Below are positions 36,372-48,899 of a stretch of 64,000 bases of DNA, in pieces (within the stretch, counting starts at the first letter, position 1; each line of letters opens with the position of its first letter). The position numbers and the translations under genes were made by a program. The stretch is taken from positions 9,982,001-10,046,000 of the forward strand of contig NC_091999.1 of assembly GCF_044704955.1 (NCBI RefSeq), written 5' to 3'. The notes under the pieces were generated by a model. That model ran no database searches. It saw only the letters and a list, made by a program, of their open reading frames with translations, and was not told where the DNA came from. Origin of the DNA: Pristiophorus japonicus (Eukaryota).

Positions 36372-38281
36372 GGTAGAATCATAGAGTCATAAATTACGAC
36401 ATACAAGGCTGGCCATACTACCCCTCGTGTTGACAAATAGCAATCCTGCCTATTTCCAATTTACGGCATTATGTATATAGCCCTGTAGGTCACAGCTCTT
36501 GCAGTGAACATCCAAGTACTTTTTAAATGTGATGAGGGTTTCTGTCTCTACCATCCTTTCTGGCAGTGAACTCCAGACCCCCACCACCCTCGAGGTGAAT
36601 TTACTTTTCCTCCTCTCCCCTCGAAACCTTCTACGAACCACTTTTACCCTATGCCCCCTGGTTATTGACCCTCTGGTAAGGGAAATAGGTCATTCCTATC
36701 TACTGTATCTAGGCCCCTCATAATTCTACACATCTTAATTAAATTTCCCCTCAGCCTCCTCTGGTCGAAAGAAAACAACCCCAGCCTATCCAATCTTTCC
36801 TCATAGCTAAAGATTTTCCAGGCCTGGCAACATCCTTGTTAATCTCCTCTGTACGCTCTCGAGTGCAATCACATCTTTCCTGTAATGTGGTGACCAGATG
36901 TGTACGCAGTATTCAAGCTGTGGGATAGCTAGTTTTGTATACAGTTCTAGCATAGCTTCACTGCTCTTTTATTCTATACCTCGAATAATAAAGGAAAGCA
37001 TTCCATATGCCTTTTTAAGTACCTTATCGGCCTATCCTGCAATCTTTAAGGATCTGTGGACATACACCCGAGTAGTTAGTGGGGTGCTGAAAGGATCAGT
37101 GCTTGGACACCAACTTTTGACAATCTATATTAACGACTTGGCCAAGTCAGCTGACGATACAATGATGGCAGGAAAAGCAATGTGTGAGGCGGACAGAAAA
37201 AATCCGCAAAAGGACATAGACAGGCTCAGTTAGTGGGCAAAAATTTGGCAGATGGATTATAATGTTAGAATGTGTGAGGTCATGTACTTTGGCAGAAAAA
37301 AATCAAAGTGCAAGTTATTATTTAAGTGGAGAAATATTGCAAAGTGCCGCAGTACAGCGGGACCTGGGGGTACTTGTGCATGAATCACAAAAGGATAGTA
37401 TGCAGGTACAGCAAATGATCAGGAAGGCCAATGGTATATTGGCCTTTATTGCAAAGGGTATGGGGTATCAAAGTAAAGATGTCTTAGTACAGCAATATAA
37501 GGTATTGCTGAGGTCACACCTGGAATACTGCATGCAGTTTTGGTTTCCATATTTACGAAAGGATATACTTGTTCTGGAGGGAGTTCAGAGAAGGTTCACT
37601 AGGTTGATTCCGGGGATGAGGGGATTGACTTATGAGGGAAAGTTGAGTAGGTTGGGCCTCTACACATTGGAATTCAGAAGAATGAGAGGTGATCTTATCG
37701 AAACGTATATGATTATGAGGGGGCTTGTCAAGGTGCATGCAGAGAGGATGTTTATACTGATGGGGGGAGATCAGAACGAGTGGGCACGATTTTAGAATAA
37801 GGGGCCGCCAATGTAAAACAGAGATGAGGAGAAATTTCTTCTCTCAGAGGGTTGTAAATCTGTGGAATTTGCTGCCTCAGCGAGCTGTGGAAGCTGGGAT
37901 CTTGAATAAATTTAAGACAGAAATAGTTTCTTAAACGATAAGGGGAGAAGTGGTTATGGGAAGCGGGTGGGAAATTGGGGCTGAGTCCATGATCAGATCA
38001 GCCATGATATTTTTTGAGTTGCGGAGCAGACTCGAGCGGCCATATGGCCTACTCCGGTTCCTATTTCTTACATCCTTATGTCCTTCCGTACCTCCACACC
38101 TCTCAGTAGCATCCATGTGTTATGCTATCCATTGTCTTGTTGTACCTCCCCAATACCATGACCTCACACTTCTCCTGATTGCATTCCATTTTCCATTTTT
38201 CTGCTCAACTGACCAGTCCATCGATATATTCCTATAGTCTAAATTTTCTCCTCACAAGGCCAATATTTGCATCATCTGCAA
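36372..38281. mobile_element. Cluster of CR1-type fragments: 36372-37066 (-), 37070-38080 (+), 38080-38281 (-)
   Basis: RT motifs in ORFs 36898-37233 and 37262-37795, tails; mirrored at ~46308-48247. Confidence 0.85.
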
Positions 38282-38557
38282 TGTGTTGACGTTTATCTCA
38301 CTGCCCTCCATAAGGAGGAGAGGAACTTGCTGGTCCTTCGACCACTGACTTGTCCGGATATAAACCGCAGATGAAAAATATACTTTTCCAGCCAATCCAA
38401 GAACAGCAAGTCCACGTGACTGAGACTTTAACAGGGAGGCGCTGACTTTACTCAGCCGCCTGTTCAATGTATTCACTCGGTTTGGGGTCTTGTGATGCGA
38501 GATGTGTGCCGCCTTCTTCTTGATATTGTAATTGCCAGGATGTATTATTCGGTACAA

Positions 38558-38969
38558 ATGAATCTATTCTCCGTTATCCTGCTGCTGCTAACATGTAGGT
38601 ACAGGAGCTGAGCTCAATAACCTGCAGTGTTACTTTTTATTCAAATTGGTCCAGTATTTTATTATCTCAATGTTTTTACATGTCGGTTTCTCTCGGACCA
38701 AGTGCTACAGACTCCCGCTGTGATGACAGTGCGGATCGGTGATTCGCTGCAGATTAACTGCAGCTATGACACTCCCAGCTTTTACGCCATGCACTGGTAC
38801 AAACATAAATCCAGTCAGGGAATCGAGTGGGTAATAAGGCGGTTATCGGCTGGCAGGGAGAGCAGGGATCGATATGAAATGGATCTTTATACTGCAGACA
38901 AACGCGGCCAATTGGTCATTACAAGTACGGAGAGCTCGGATACCGCTGTATATTACTGTGCGATAGACC
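38558..38969 (+). CDS. TCR alpha/delta V segment, family A; open frame, acceptor AG mutated (leader 38558-38594, V exon 38682-38969)
   Basis: MNLFSVILLLLT|GTAGGT...TTTTTACAT|RFLSDQVLQTP...INCSY...MHWYK...DTAVYYCAID. Confidence 0.88.
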
Positions 38970-39008
38970 CACACTGATAGGAATTTCTGCAGTCTCTGTA
39001 CAAATACA
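38970..39008 (+). other. 23-RSS
   Basis: CACACTG-23-ACAAATACA. Confidence 0.88.
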
Positions 39009-41225
39009 TTCCTCTTGTTTACAGTCCCGTAACAGCTGCAGCAATCTCTCTCATGTTGCAGAGCAGGCAAAGGTGGTCAGAGGGAGAGCAGCAGACTGAA
39101 GGTGTGGGCGGGGCTGCCGCAGGCAATGTGTCTGCAAAGGTTGCCTCTACAATTTACATTTAACAGCGGTTTTCATCAGAGATATTGACAGTCACAACAT
39201 AAAGTATCTATGTGTGGAGCCAGTCACACAATGGGTACAGCCTTTGGTGTGAGGAATGCTTCAACATTGCCTAATAGTTGGATTATATTCAACAGGCTGG
39301 AAACCCTCACAATGATTGTTTATCATTTTATTCCGGTTTGTGACGATACATGGAAAACATTAGGTTCATTCTCCAGTAACATTCATGTTCACACTGACCT
39401 ATCCGCTCTGTGCATTGGATTTGCTTTTGTCGATATTTCTAATGAAATAGTCAACGCATTCTAAAAGATTGTGAGTGTGATTAGAAAAAAGAAATTCAGC
39501 TAATATTTACACAGAGAGACCAGGGGAAACCTTCCTCCTGTGTGTCCCCAGCAGAAGGTTAGTGGAACCTGAATATGTGTCAACCACCGCAGTCTGATTG
39601 ATGACTGTGAGTCAAATAAACTGAACATCTACCTTTACATTCAAGCCAATATATCGCCAGTTCGAGATAATATCATAATGCCATCATCGAATTGTGTAGG
39701 TAATTTTTCGCATGGGGAACATGAACCCTTCCCCAAATGCCTGCTGAAACGGTTCTACATCTGCCTGAAATTAACAGCAGGCTCTACTCTGCTGTGCTGA
39801 TATCAATGACATGGGGTGAAATATGGTGGTTATTGACATGGGACAAACTCCTTATCCGGGTTTCACACCTGTCTCTATGCATGTATCCTTCATTCCAACT
39901 TTCAATATTAAACACATTTTTTCAAATGGCAGCTTCACAAAACGACCAACTCCTTCCGTCTTATTTGCTTTAATATTTTCATATTCGCAAATATTTCTAA
40001 AGCTTGGTATGGAGAGATTGTGACAACGATTTGCAGACAATACAAGACGCGGGTTTGGGGCGGGGTGGGGAGCGGTGGGGGGTTGGGCGGAGGCGGGGCA
40101 CGTCTTTTCTGAGCTCCATGAACGTAAATACAGATATCAACAAAGTCCAAATGTTGATGGCTTTAAAGGAATTAAAGAATCAAAGGAAGAAAATTGGACC
40201 ACGCCACGAGGGCGCAGTGAGATATAGATGAGCACGGCGCCCTCTCGTGGATACGATGAGAACTGTCACACTGTTTGGATACAGGGTGAAAACAGTAAGT
40301 GTATCAATTGAGCAGTTTGCAGCGTCCACTTTTGGGGAGATGCGTTGCGCTGATGGTGATGGTGAATGTCAATCGTTTTACATCAAAAATTACGTGGACA
40401 GAAATATTAATCAAATGAATTGGAGCTTGGAAATTCAAAGTTTCCGCTGGAAAATTTGATCTATTCAGATCTGCACAATAAACAACAACCCCAAACCCGA
40501 AGTCACAACAATTGACATCGATTTCCTTTCAGTTCAACTTGTGCCGAATGCACGTGATCTTTGTGCACAGGCTCTAGTGAGTCAGTATGTTTTTCCTGCC
40601 GCATTTCCCGATTCCAGCAAAAATTAGGTATATCCCAGGCCTGCCGCAACAAGCCTCCAATCCTTCCCCGTTATTTTCAAGTCCTTCCCCTCCAAAACCA
40701 AAAGCTGCCATTACTCGTTTTATTGTCTCTATTTCAACGGGGGAGAAATACCAGCGTTAAGCCAACTGATCTTCGCAGTCCACATAAGACACAGTTGAAA
40801 TCCATCCTATCTGTCCCCACAACATTCCAAATGAACACCCAGAGGGTGAATTGTCTGTGTCTGACATACTGACCCACCAGTCCCCCATCAGAGGGAGTGG
40901 AGACCTTCATCCTCCTATGCCTGTGGTGGATTAAACCTGATATCAGGGAATGAAAGGTCAATGTCTGACCCACCAGTACTGCACGAAGTTAAGGGTAACC
41001 TTAACTGCTTTTGCTCATGAGGATACATGCGTAATCAGGATTGTCAGTATGAATAAAGCGTCAGCACTTGCATTGTTCCCTGACTTTCAGTGACGATGTA
41101 AGATATATGTTGCATCATATCTCGTAGCAAAAGTACACAATCGATTGCACATGAGAATAACCCGGAATAATTCGATTTTGCAGTAATAATCTTGATCCAC
41201 CGTGCGCTGAAATCAGGAAATCACA

Positions 41226-41592
41226 ATGAATGAAATTTAAACTTTCACTTTTTTGATTTTAGGTGAGTGTTTTGTGCAGAAAAGTGTTAATCGTTGAAAC
41301 ATATTTCTTCTCTCTAATTTTCCATCTATTTTCTATTGGCAATTATGGGCGGTGAGCCTGTGCTCCACCAAGCACAGCAGATATTTGCATGAGGGAGAAT
41401 CGATTTAAATCTAGTGCAATGCAAGCACCAGCGGCTCTGACGTCAACACCACTGACGGACGATTCAAACTCTTCATTGACCCAACAAGGAGTTACAACAT
41501 TTTATGTATGGACAGCACCGTGGTCTCATACGATGGAGTGTATTACTGTGCAGTGAGGCACCGTGAGACAAAAGCTGAGTGCTGCAATACAT
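41226..41592 (+). pseudogene. V pseudogene with internal deletion (paralog of 29688-30133)
   Basis: Leader with stop, FR2/CDR2 deleted, DGVYYCAVR then CACCGTG(41559-41565) with shortened spacer. Confidence 0.85.
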
Positions 41593-42351
41593 TATCTCGT
41601 GCAGGTTCCTATCAGACAATCTTAACACCCTTTCTCTGCTCCCCTGAATGTGTTGACTGCATTGTTATGTACAGTTCCATTCATCCGAGAAGGAAAGGGT
41701 GAATCAGATTTTCCTTTAAAATGTTGACTCTTTTGTGCTGTACTTTTCCACAGGCTCTATTCAGCTTGCAAGGGGATGGTTACTCAGACTGAGCTGAAGA
41801 GTATTAATTTTATCTTGCTACTGATTTGTGATCAGATTGGAATTAATTTCATTCACATAATAGGTGGCTTTTATAGAATTTATCACGTCCTGGTGTTCAA
41901 ATCCCTCAGTACCCGCTGGCCTTCTATATCCCCTTATCTATTGATTGTGGGTATTTCGAACAGTAAGTGAGCAGCTATTTTAATGGGAGACTCCTGGAAT
42001 GCTAAAATAAGTAAATTAACTATTTCCCTTCACTGTCGCTACCTCACCTGCTAAAGAGCCAACATTGGGTTTAATTCCCATCCAGTTCCATGTTGTGAGG
42101 AGAACAGCTTCACTCCGTTCCACGCTGCTCGCTGTGATAAATTGAGTTGGAAAACAAAGGAACTGGGAGCTGATTCGTTGAATTGGAGAACATAGGACAC
42201 GTGAGCTGATTGGATATCACCTGCTGACTCTTCCAGGAATGAACCAATCAGCAATGACACCAGATATGAATCAACATCTTCGCAACTCTTGAGGAAAATA
42301 ATCTCTGGTTCAACACGTTCTGTTGAAATCTGCCAGGTACTATCTGTAAAC

Positions 42352-42868
42352 ATGCTGGGTGTGACTTTATACTCAGCCGTCACAGCTGCAGCTCTCATAA
42401 CTGGTAAAATTTAAAGGTACACAATCTTCCTCTTCCAGATGTCGCTGACTACCTTTTAATTGTGTTTTATCACTATTTGCAATGTATTCCGTCACATGAT
42501 GATTTAGTTATAATTAAATTATGAAAGCATTTTAACATTCTGTATTTATACATGTCCGCAGGTGTTAGTGGTGCAGACTCCATCTCACAGCGGCCGGTTA
42601 CAGCGATCCAGTTTGAAGGAGACTCGGTGACAATTAATTACAGCTTTTCTACCACTGCTGGTTCGTATTCCTTGCAACTGTACCGTCAGGACCGGGACGA
42701 AGGGCCCCAAATCTTAATCTCCAGTCCTTCCTATGGGGATGTTGTCAGGGCAGTGGACACCGGGGCTCGATTTTCTGCATCTCTCGACAGTTCAAAAAGG
42801 GAGGGGAACTTCACCATCGGCGGACTGTGGCTGACTGACAGTGCGGTGTATTACTGCGCGCTGAGAGA
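42352..42868 (+). CDS. TCR alpha/delta V segment, family F, intact; lacks first Cys and conserved Trp (leader 42352-42403, V exon 42562-42868)
   Basis: MLGVTLYSAVTAAALIT-G|GTAAAA...CAG|VSGADSISQ..VTINYSF..SLQLYRQ..DSAVYYCALR. Confidence 0.93.
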
Positions 42869-42907
42869 CACAGTGACTGGAACCGGAGGGTATCTCGTAC
42901 AATAACT
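42869..42907 (+). other. 23-RSS
   Basis: CACAGTG-23-ACAATAACT. Confidence 0.93.
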
Positions 42908-43349
42908 GCTGCAATCTGATATGTTCAATGGAATAGTGCGCAAAGTGGGGAGAATGGGGCAATGTCAGTACTTATCACAGGAGTGTGTCCACGTAAACCA
43001 AACAAATAAAAGATACCTAACTAACAATACAGAACAAGCATAAAGTTTATTACCAATAATAATAATCATCTTACAGTTAATTTCATAATAAATTATCTGA
43101 TTGTACAATGCTTCCAATCTCTGTTCATGTCATGGACACATCAACTTTCAATCTTAGCGAAAAGAATATAAAGCAAGTTCAAATTCAGGGTCAGAATCGC
43201 ACTTAGACCTGCCGCTCCAGTCGGCAGGAGATGAAACAAACGGAGGGATACATTCAGTAACGATATAAGAGACCATAGAGGCGTCAAAAACCTTCAGAAC
43301 AACGAGTTCTCCCCTGAAGTTTGAACCCGTGAGACTCAGGTTCCAACAT

Positions 43350-43658
43350 CAGCAGCTGGCCAGGGTGCTGATTGTACCAGAACATATCACGTGCAGCATC
43401 GCTGGTTTTGAAGGTCCAGGTTAGTATGACATTCTTTCCTCTTCAACCATCATTTCAGGAAATGGCTTTTCCAATGTGGCTTGATGGCTCCATACTGACA
43501 TAAAATAATAATCATTGAGTTTATCCACATCATCATCACTTGACCAATAATAACATCTGAGTTACAATATTCAATGGGAGATGGAGTTTTAGCAGGAGAC
43601 CTATAGTTACTGAGATGTGATTGAAAATGAAGAGGAGCAGTGCGAGACGGTTCCACAT
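43350..43658 (-). pseudogene. Truncated V pseudogene, family D
   Basis: Leader MWNRLALLLF.. frameshifted; V exon ..PEMMVEEE..KTSD..MFWYNQHPGQ ends in FR2; no RSS. Confidence 0.82.
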
Positions 43659-44468
43659 GATGATTCCTGAGTCTGAAACTGCGCAGTCCGGGAACTCCTC
43701 TGTCGGAGCAGAAATATAGAGAGGGCCCTATAGCAAACCTGATCCAAACAATGCCAAACAGGGAACAGCGGAATCTCTCCAATAGCACCGGTCTACAAAG
43801 AAGCATCAGAACGAGAGCAGCAAATGGATGCTTTGTGCGCAGCTGCCGCAGACACAAAATTGAGTGAACTGAAGGCTTTGTTTAACCGCAAAAACTGCGC
43901 GGCGCCGCTCAGCTGCACTCGGAGCGCATGGGGCGGAAATGGTGGTGGTTGGGTCGAGAAGTCTGTGGTCGATCTGCTTCTGCTTACTGAGCAAGTGACA
44001 GGGAATAAACCGAGTTTGGGGGAAATGAAAGGATTGCACATCTTCATAAATAATGAGCAGCTTCATTCAGCTCAAATCTACAGTGTTGAAGCACAGTATC
44101 TGGCACATGTGTTTTATATATAATCAACAAACCCTAAATCCCCACAATGAACTTATTCTGAATAGATTGCACCAACAGAGGGCGCCAATATTAAACATGG
44201 TCATTAGAGAGTCACGTGATAAAGGGTAACTTAAGGCGACAGGTGGATTTCTAAGTTCATTTTTAGCATAAATACGAGTTTAAATCACTTAATAACATTT
44301 TACAAGTGGACCTCACCTATTCTTGTTCAGAGTTGTGATTTGTCACCCTTTTAAGAAGGTCCCTGTGAATCTCACTGTGGAGGTGAAATTTTCGCTTCTC
44401 TTTATCAGTGTGAGGGCGCTCTCTGGTGAGCACTGATTGGAATTCACAGTATGAGAATTCTCAGTATG

Positions 44469-45589
44469 AGTTTTTGTACCGAGTCCGCTACATCTCTGCA
44501 GCAGTGTGTGCTCCATGACACAGAAATACACGGCGGCATCAGCGACAAGCATCCCGGCGATATTTAAAGGAACCGTTTTATTAGTTTTGTTCATATCAGC
44601 AGAGAACATGTCCAATAAACCTGGAGACATGTCATTAGAACATAAGAACATAAAACATAAGAACATAACAATTACGAACAGGAGTAGGCCATCTAGCCCC
44701 TCGAGCCTGCTCCGCCATTCAAAAAGATCATGGTTGATCTGGCCGTGGACTCAGCTCCACTTACCCGCCCGCTCCCCATAACCCTTAATTCCCTTATTGG
44801 TTAAAAACCTATCTATCTGTGATTTGAATACATTCAATGAGCTAGCCTCAACTGCTTCCTTGGGCAGAGTATTCCACAGATTCACAACCCTCTGGGAGAA
44901 GAAATTCCTTCTCAACTCTGTTTATATTGATTCCCGTATTTTGAGGCTGTGCCCCCTAGTTCTAGTCTCCCCGACCACTGGAAACAACCTCTCTGCCTCT
45001 GTCTTGTCTATCCCTTTCATTATTTTAAATATTTCTATAAGATCACCCCTCATCCTTCTGAACTCCAACGAGTAAAGACCTAGTCTACTCAATCTATCAT
45101 CATAAGGTAACCGCCTGGTGCACCACTGCTCAAGCCACGTATTCATCTGCGCTATCCTAAGATTCCTACTTTGACTAGCACGTGGCACTGGTAGCAATCC
45201 CGAGATTACTACTTTTGAGGTCCTATTTTTTAATTTAGCTCCTAGCTCCTTAAATTCGTCTCGTAGGACCTCATCCCTTTTTTTACCTATGTCGTTTGTA
45301 CCAATGTGCACCACGACAACTGGCTGTTCTCCCGCCCTTTTCAGAATGTCCTGCACCCGCTCCGAGACATCCTTGACCCTTGCACCAGAGAGGCAACATA
45401 CCATCCTGGAGTCTCCGCCTTCTGAGCTATATCTCTTCAGTAAATATCTCGGAGCTTTCCCGGGATATTGTACGTACCAGAACAGAGTTAAACCAGCTCT
45501 CGAGTAACTTCAGCTCAGTATTATGTTCTGTCCTTCCTGAACCGTTAAATCAGACGGATCCTGGAGCACCTTATCTTCACCATTGATTG
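44469..45589 (-). pseudogene. Chimeric V pseudogene (family-C body, family-D RSS) split by LINE; parts 45412-45589 and 44509-44632, RSS 44469-44508
   Basis: INGEDKVLQDPSDLTVQEGQNIILS*SY..LFWYVQYPGKAPRYLLKRYS / SPGLLDMFSAD..VPLNI..DAAVYFCVME; CACACTG-24-ACAAAAACT. Confidence 0.88.
44637..45411 (-). mobile_element. Internally deleted CR1-type element inserted in V exon
   Basis: SGNH esterase-like ORF1 (VVVHIGTND) fused to RT C-terminus (LPYDDRLSRLGLYSLEFRRMRG) and (AACATAAG)n tail. Confidence 0.85.
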
Positions 45590-45959
45590 CTGTAACAAAT
45601 CAGAGAATGTATCAACACTTCTGCGCGTGAATATAACCCATGGAACTCAAACTAGCCATTGAAACGTAGACTCACAAAAGCACCGGCCGACTATTATACT
45701 TTGCTTCCTGCCACTGAGCCAATTTTTGATCCAATTTTCCACTCTCCCTTGGATTCCATGGGCTTTTTTGTTCAGCCTGCCACGTGGGACCTTGTCAAAA
45801 TCCTTGCTAAAATTCATGCAGATAACAAACACACTGGTTCATCCACAATCCTTGTTACTTTCTCAAAAAATTCAATCAAGTTAGTCAGACACGACCTTCC
45901 CTTAACATCGTCGAAACAAAGAGAGAGGTAGAGACACATTGACACAACAGAGACAGAAA

Positions 45960-46200
45960 GAGAAATCGGCAGAGAAAGTAATTGGTCCGCAATTGATTGG
46001 TTCACACAATTGTCAGTTCTGAGGGAATAGTCAATCCTATCCCTGGGAAACGCCACTCAGTCACCCGATCAGTGAAGGGTGCGCCCGATCGATGTGTAAT
46101 CCTGAATAAATGACTAGAATATTGAGAATATTCGGCTATTTTCTGTCGAACGCTATTCAATTCATTATGTACTCCGTATGTTTTTTCCTAATAATCATGT
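45960..46200 (+). pseudogene. Inverted promoter and partial leader (ATG 46167) of the family-C V at 44509-45589
   Basis: MYSVCFFLIIM and upstream CCCTGGGAAA..AGTGAAG..TATTTTCTGTC match the reverse complement of ~11105-11260. Confidence 0.8.
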
Positions 46201-46202
46201 TC

Positions 46203-48247
46203 GAAGGTTGTTTCCAGTGGGGTTCCAGGGGCCCAGTGCTCGGTCACTTGCTGTCTGTAATATATATCAATAATTTATACTTAACTGTAGGGTGCAGGAT
46301 AAAGAGGTTTGCAGATGATACAAATGATGCAGATGAGGTTGACAGTGAGGAGGGAAGCTTTACCCTGTAGGAATATATCAGTTGAGGAGGAAAATGGAAA
46401 ATGGAATGCAATCAGGAGAAGTGTGAGATCATGATATTGGGGAGATGCAACGAGACAATGGATTGCACAACAAATGGAGGATACTGAGAGTTGTGGAAGT
46501 GCGGAGGGACATAAGAACATAAGAACATAAGAAATAGGAGCAGGAGTAGGCCATATGGCCCCTCGAAGCTGCTCCGCCATTCAATAAGATCATGGCTGAT
46601 CTGATCATGGACTCAGCCCCACTTCCTCGCCTACTCCCCATAACCTGTTATGCCCTTATCGTTTAAGAAACTACTTCTGTCTTAAATGTGTTAAATGTCC
46701 CAGCTTCCACAGCTCTCTGAGGCAGCGAATTACACAGATTTACAACCCTCTGAGAGAAGACATTTCTTCTCCTCTCTGTTTTCAATGGGCGGCCCCTTAT
46801 TTTAAGTTCGTGCCCTCTAGTTCTGGTCTCCCCCATCAGTGGAAACATCCTCTCTGCATCCACCTTGTCAAGCCCCCTCATAATCTTATACGTTTCGATA
46901 AGATCACCTGCCATTCTTCTGAATTGCAATGAGTAGAGGCCCAGCTTACTCAATCTTTCCTCATAAGTCAACCCCTTCAAACCCGGAATCAACATAGTGA
47001 ACCTTCTCTGAACTCCCTCCAGAGCAAGTATATCCTTTCTTAAATATGGTAACCAAAACTGCACGCAGTACTGCAGGTGTGGCCTCAGCAAAACCTTATA
47101 TATCTGCAGTAAGACCTCCCTGCTTTTATACTCCATCCCCTTTGCAATAAAGGCCAAGATATCATTGGCCTTCCTGATCAGTTGCTGTACCTGCATGCAA
47201 TCCTTTTGTGTTTCATGCACAAGTACCCCCCAGGTGCCGCTGTACTGCGGCACTTTGCAATCTTTCTCCATTTAAATAATAACTTGCACGTTGAATTTTT
47301 TCTGCCAAGGTGCATGACCTCACGCGTTCTAACATTATACTCCACCTGCCAAATTGTTGCCCAACAAACTTAGCCTGTATATGTCCTTTTTCAGATTTTT
47401 TGTGCCCGTCTCACACATTGTTTTTCCACCTATCTTTCTATCGTCAGCAAACTTGGCTACGTTACACTCAGTCCCTTCTTCCAAATATTTAATATAGATT
47501 GTCAATAGCTGGGGTTCCAGCACTGGTCCCTGCGGCACCCTACTCGTTACTGGGATGTATGTCCACAGATACTTAAAGTTTGCAGGATAGGCCGATAAGT
47601 TACTGAAAAAGGCATATGGAATGCTATCCTTTATTAGCCGAGACACAGAATAAAAGAGCAGTGAAGCTATGCTAGAACTGGATACAAAACGAGTTAGCCC
47701 ACAGCTTGACTACTGAGTACAAATCTAGTCACCACATTTCAGGAAAGATGTAATTGCACTCGAGACGTACAGAGGAGATTTACAAGGATGTTGCCAGGAC
47801 TGGAACATTGTTAGCTATGAGGAAAGATTGGATAGGCTGGGTTTGTTTTCTTTCGACCAGAGGAGGCTGAGGGGAAATTTAATAAAGGTGTATAGAATTA
47901 TAGGGGGCCTAGATACAGTAGATAGGAAGGACCTATTTCCCTTAGCAGAGGGTCAATAACCAGGGGTGATAGGATCAAAGTGGTTGATAAAAGGATTAGT
48001 AGGGGGATGAGGAAAAGTAAATTCACCTAGAGAGTGGTGGGGGTCTGGAACTCACTGCGAGAAAGGGTGGTAGAGGCAGAAGCACTTATCACATTTAAAA
48101 CATACTTGGATTTTCACTTAAAAAGCCGTGACCTACAGGGCTATGTACGTAATGCCAGAAATTGGGACTAGGCAGGATCACTATTTGTGAACACGATAGG
48201 TCGAATGGCCACCCGTGTATATTGTAATTTATGATTCTATGATTCTA
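46203..48247. mobile_element. CR1-type cluster: 46203-46508 (+), 46509-47550 (-), 47555-48247 (+); plus 45676-45915 (-)
   Basis: RT ORFs 46663-47271 and 47335-47646; mirror of 36372-38281. Confidence 0.85.
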
Positions 48248-48899
48248 CCATGTCTGTGTGTTTCACTGTCTTCCGTTCACTCTCCCTGACTTGTTCCAAT
48301 TTACCTGAATCTCGAACTTCAACACAACAAGGTGCTCCATTGATAGTATCAGTTATAAAATATAAAACATAACTAAAGCTCAGTGACATATTTAAAATGG
48401 AAGCAGTTACAGCAAGTTTCAAACGTTTATTCATCAAGCAGGAATTATGAAACTGGTCTACAGCCTCGGTATATGGCGTGATTCCTCAGAACTGGAATCT
48501 GTGTGTTTTCATGTTGTTTTGACTGAGCTTCATTCATTAGTTGTGTCTTGCATGTTAAAAATAAACAAAGCAGTTCACCAAAATTTAAGCTCAAGTTGCC
48601 ATTAAGGCCGGGTATTTCTCTTTCTGCACTAAAGTGTATCATAATAATAGGAAGAAAAAACAAGATAAATGTGTCATAATCATTCAACAACATCCACCTG
48701 TCGTTCCTCAGGCAGATGGCTGTTTATCTCACTTCGCCACCAGAGGCAGCACCGGCATGTGCTTGCGCAAGATCACAAGGTTGTGGAGAATGAGGAATGC
48801 CGTTCGTCCGATCATAATTTATTCTTCCAGAATTTCGAAATCCTAAAATATGCTTTAATTGTTCAAAAGTACTTATGAATCTTGATATTCAATGTGATT

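Noticed and set aside
39500-39650. Possible V FR2 relic (YTERPGETFL)
   Set aside because: Too degenerate; no YxC or RSS support.
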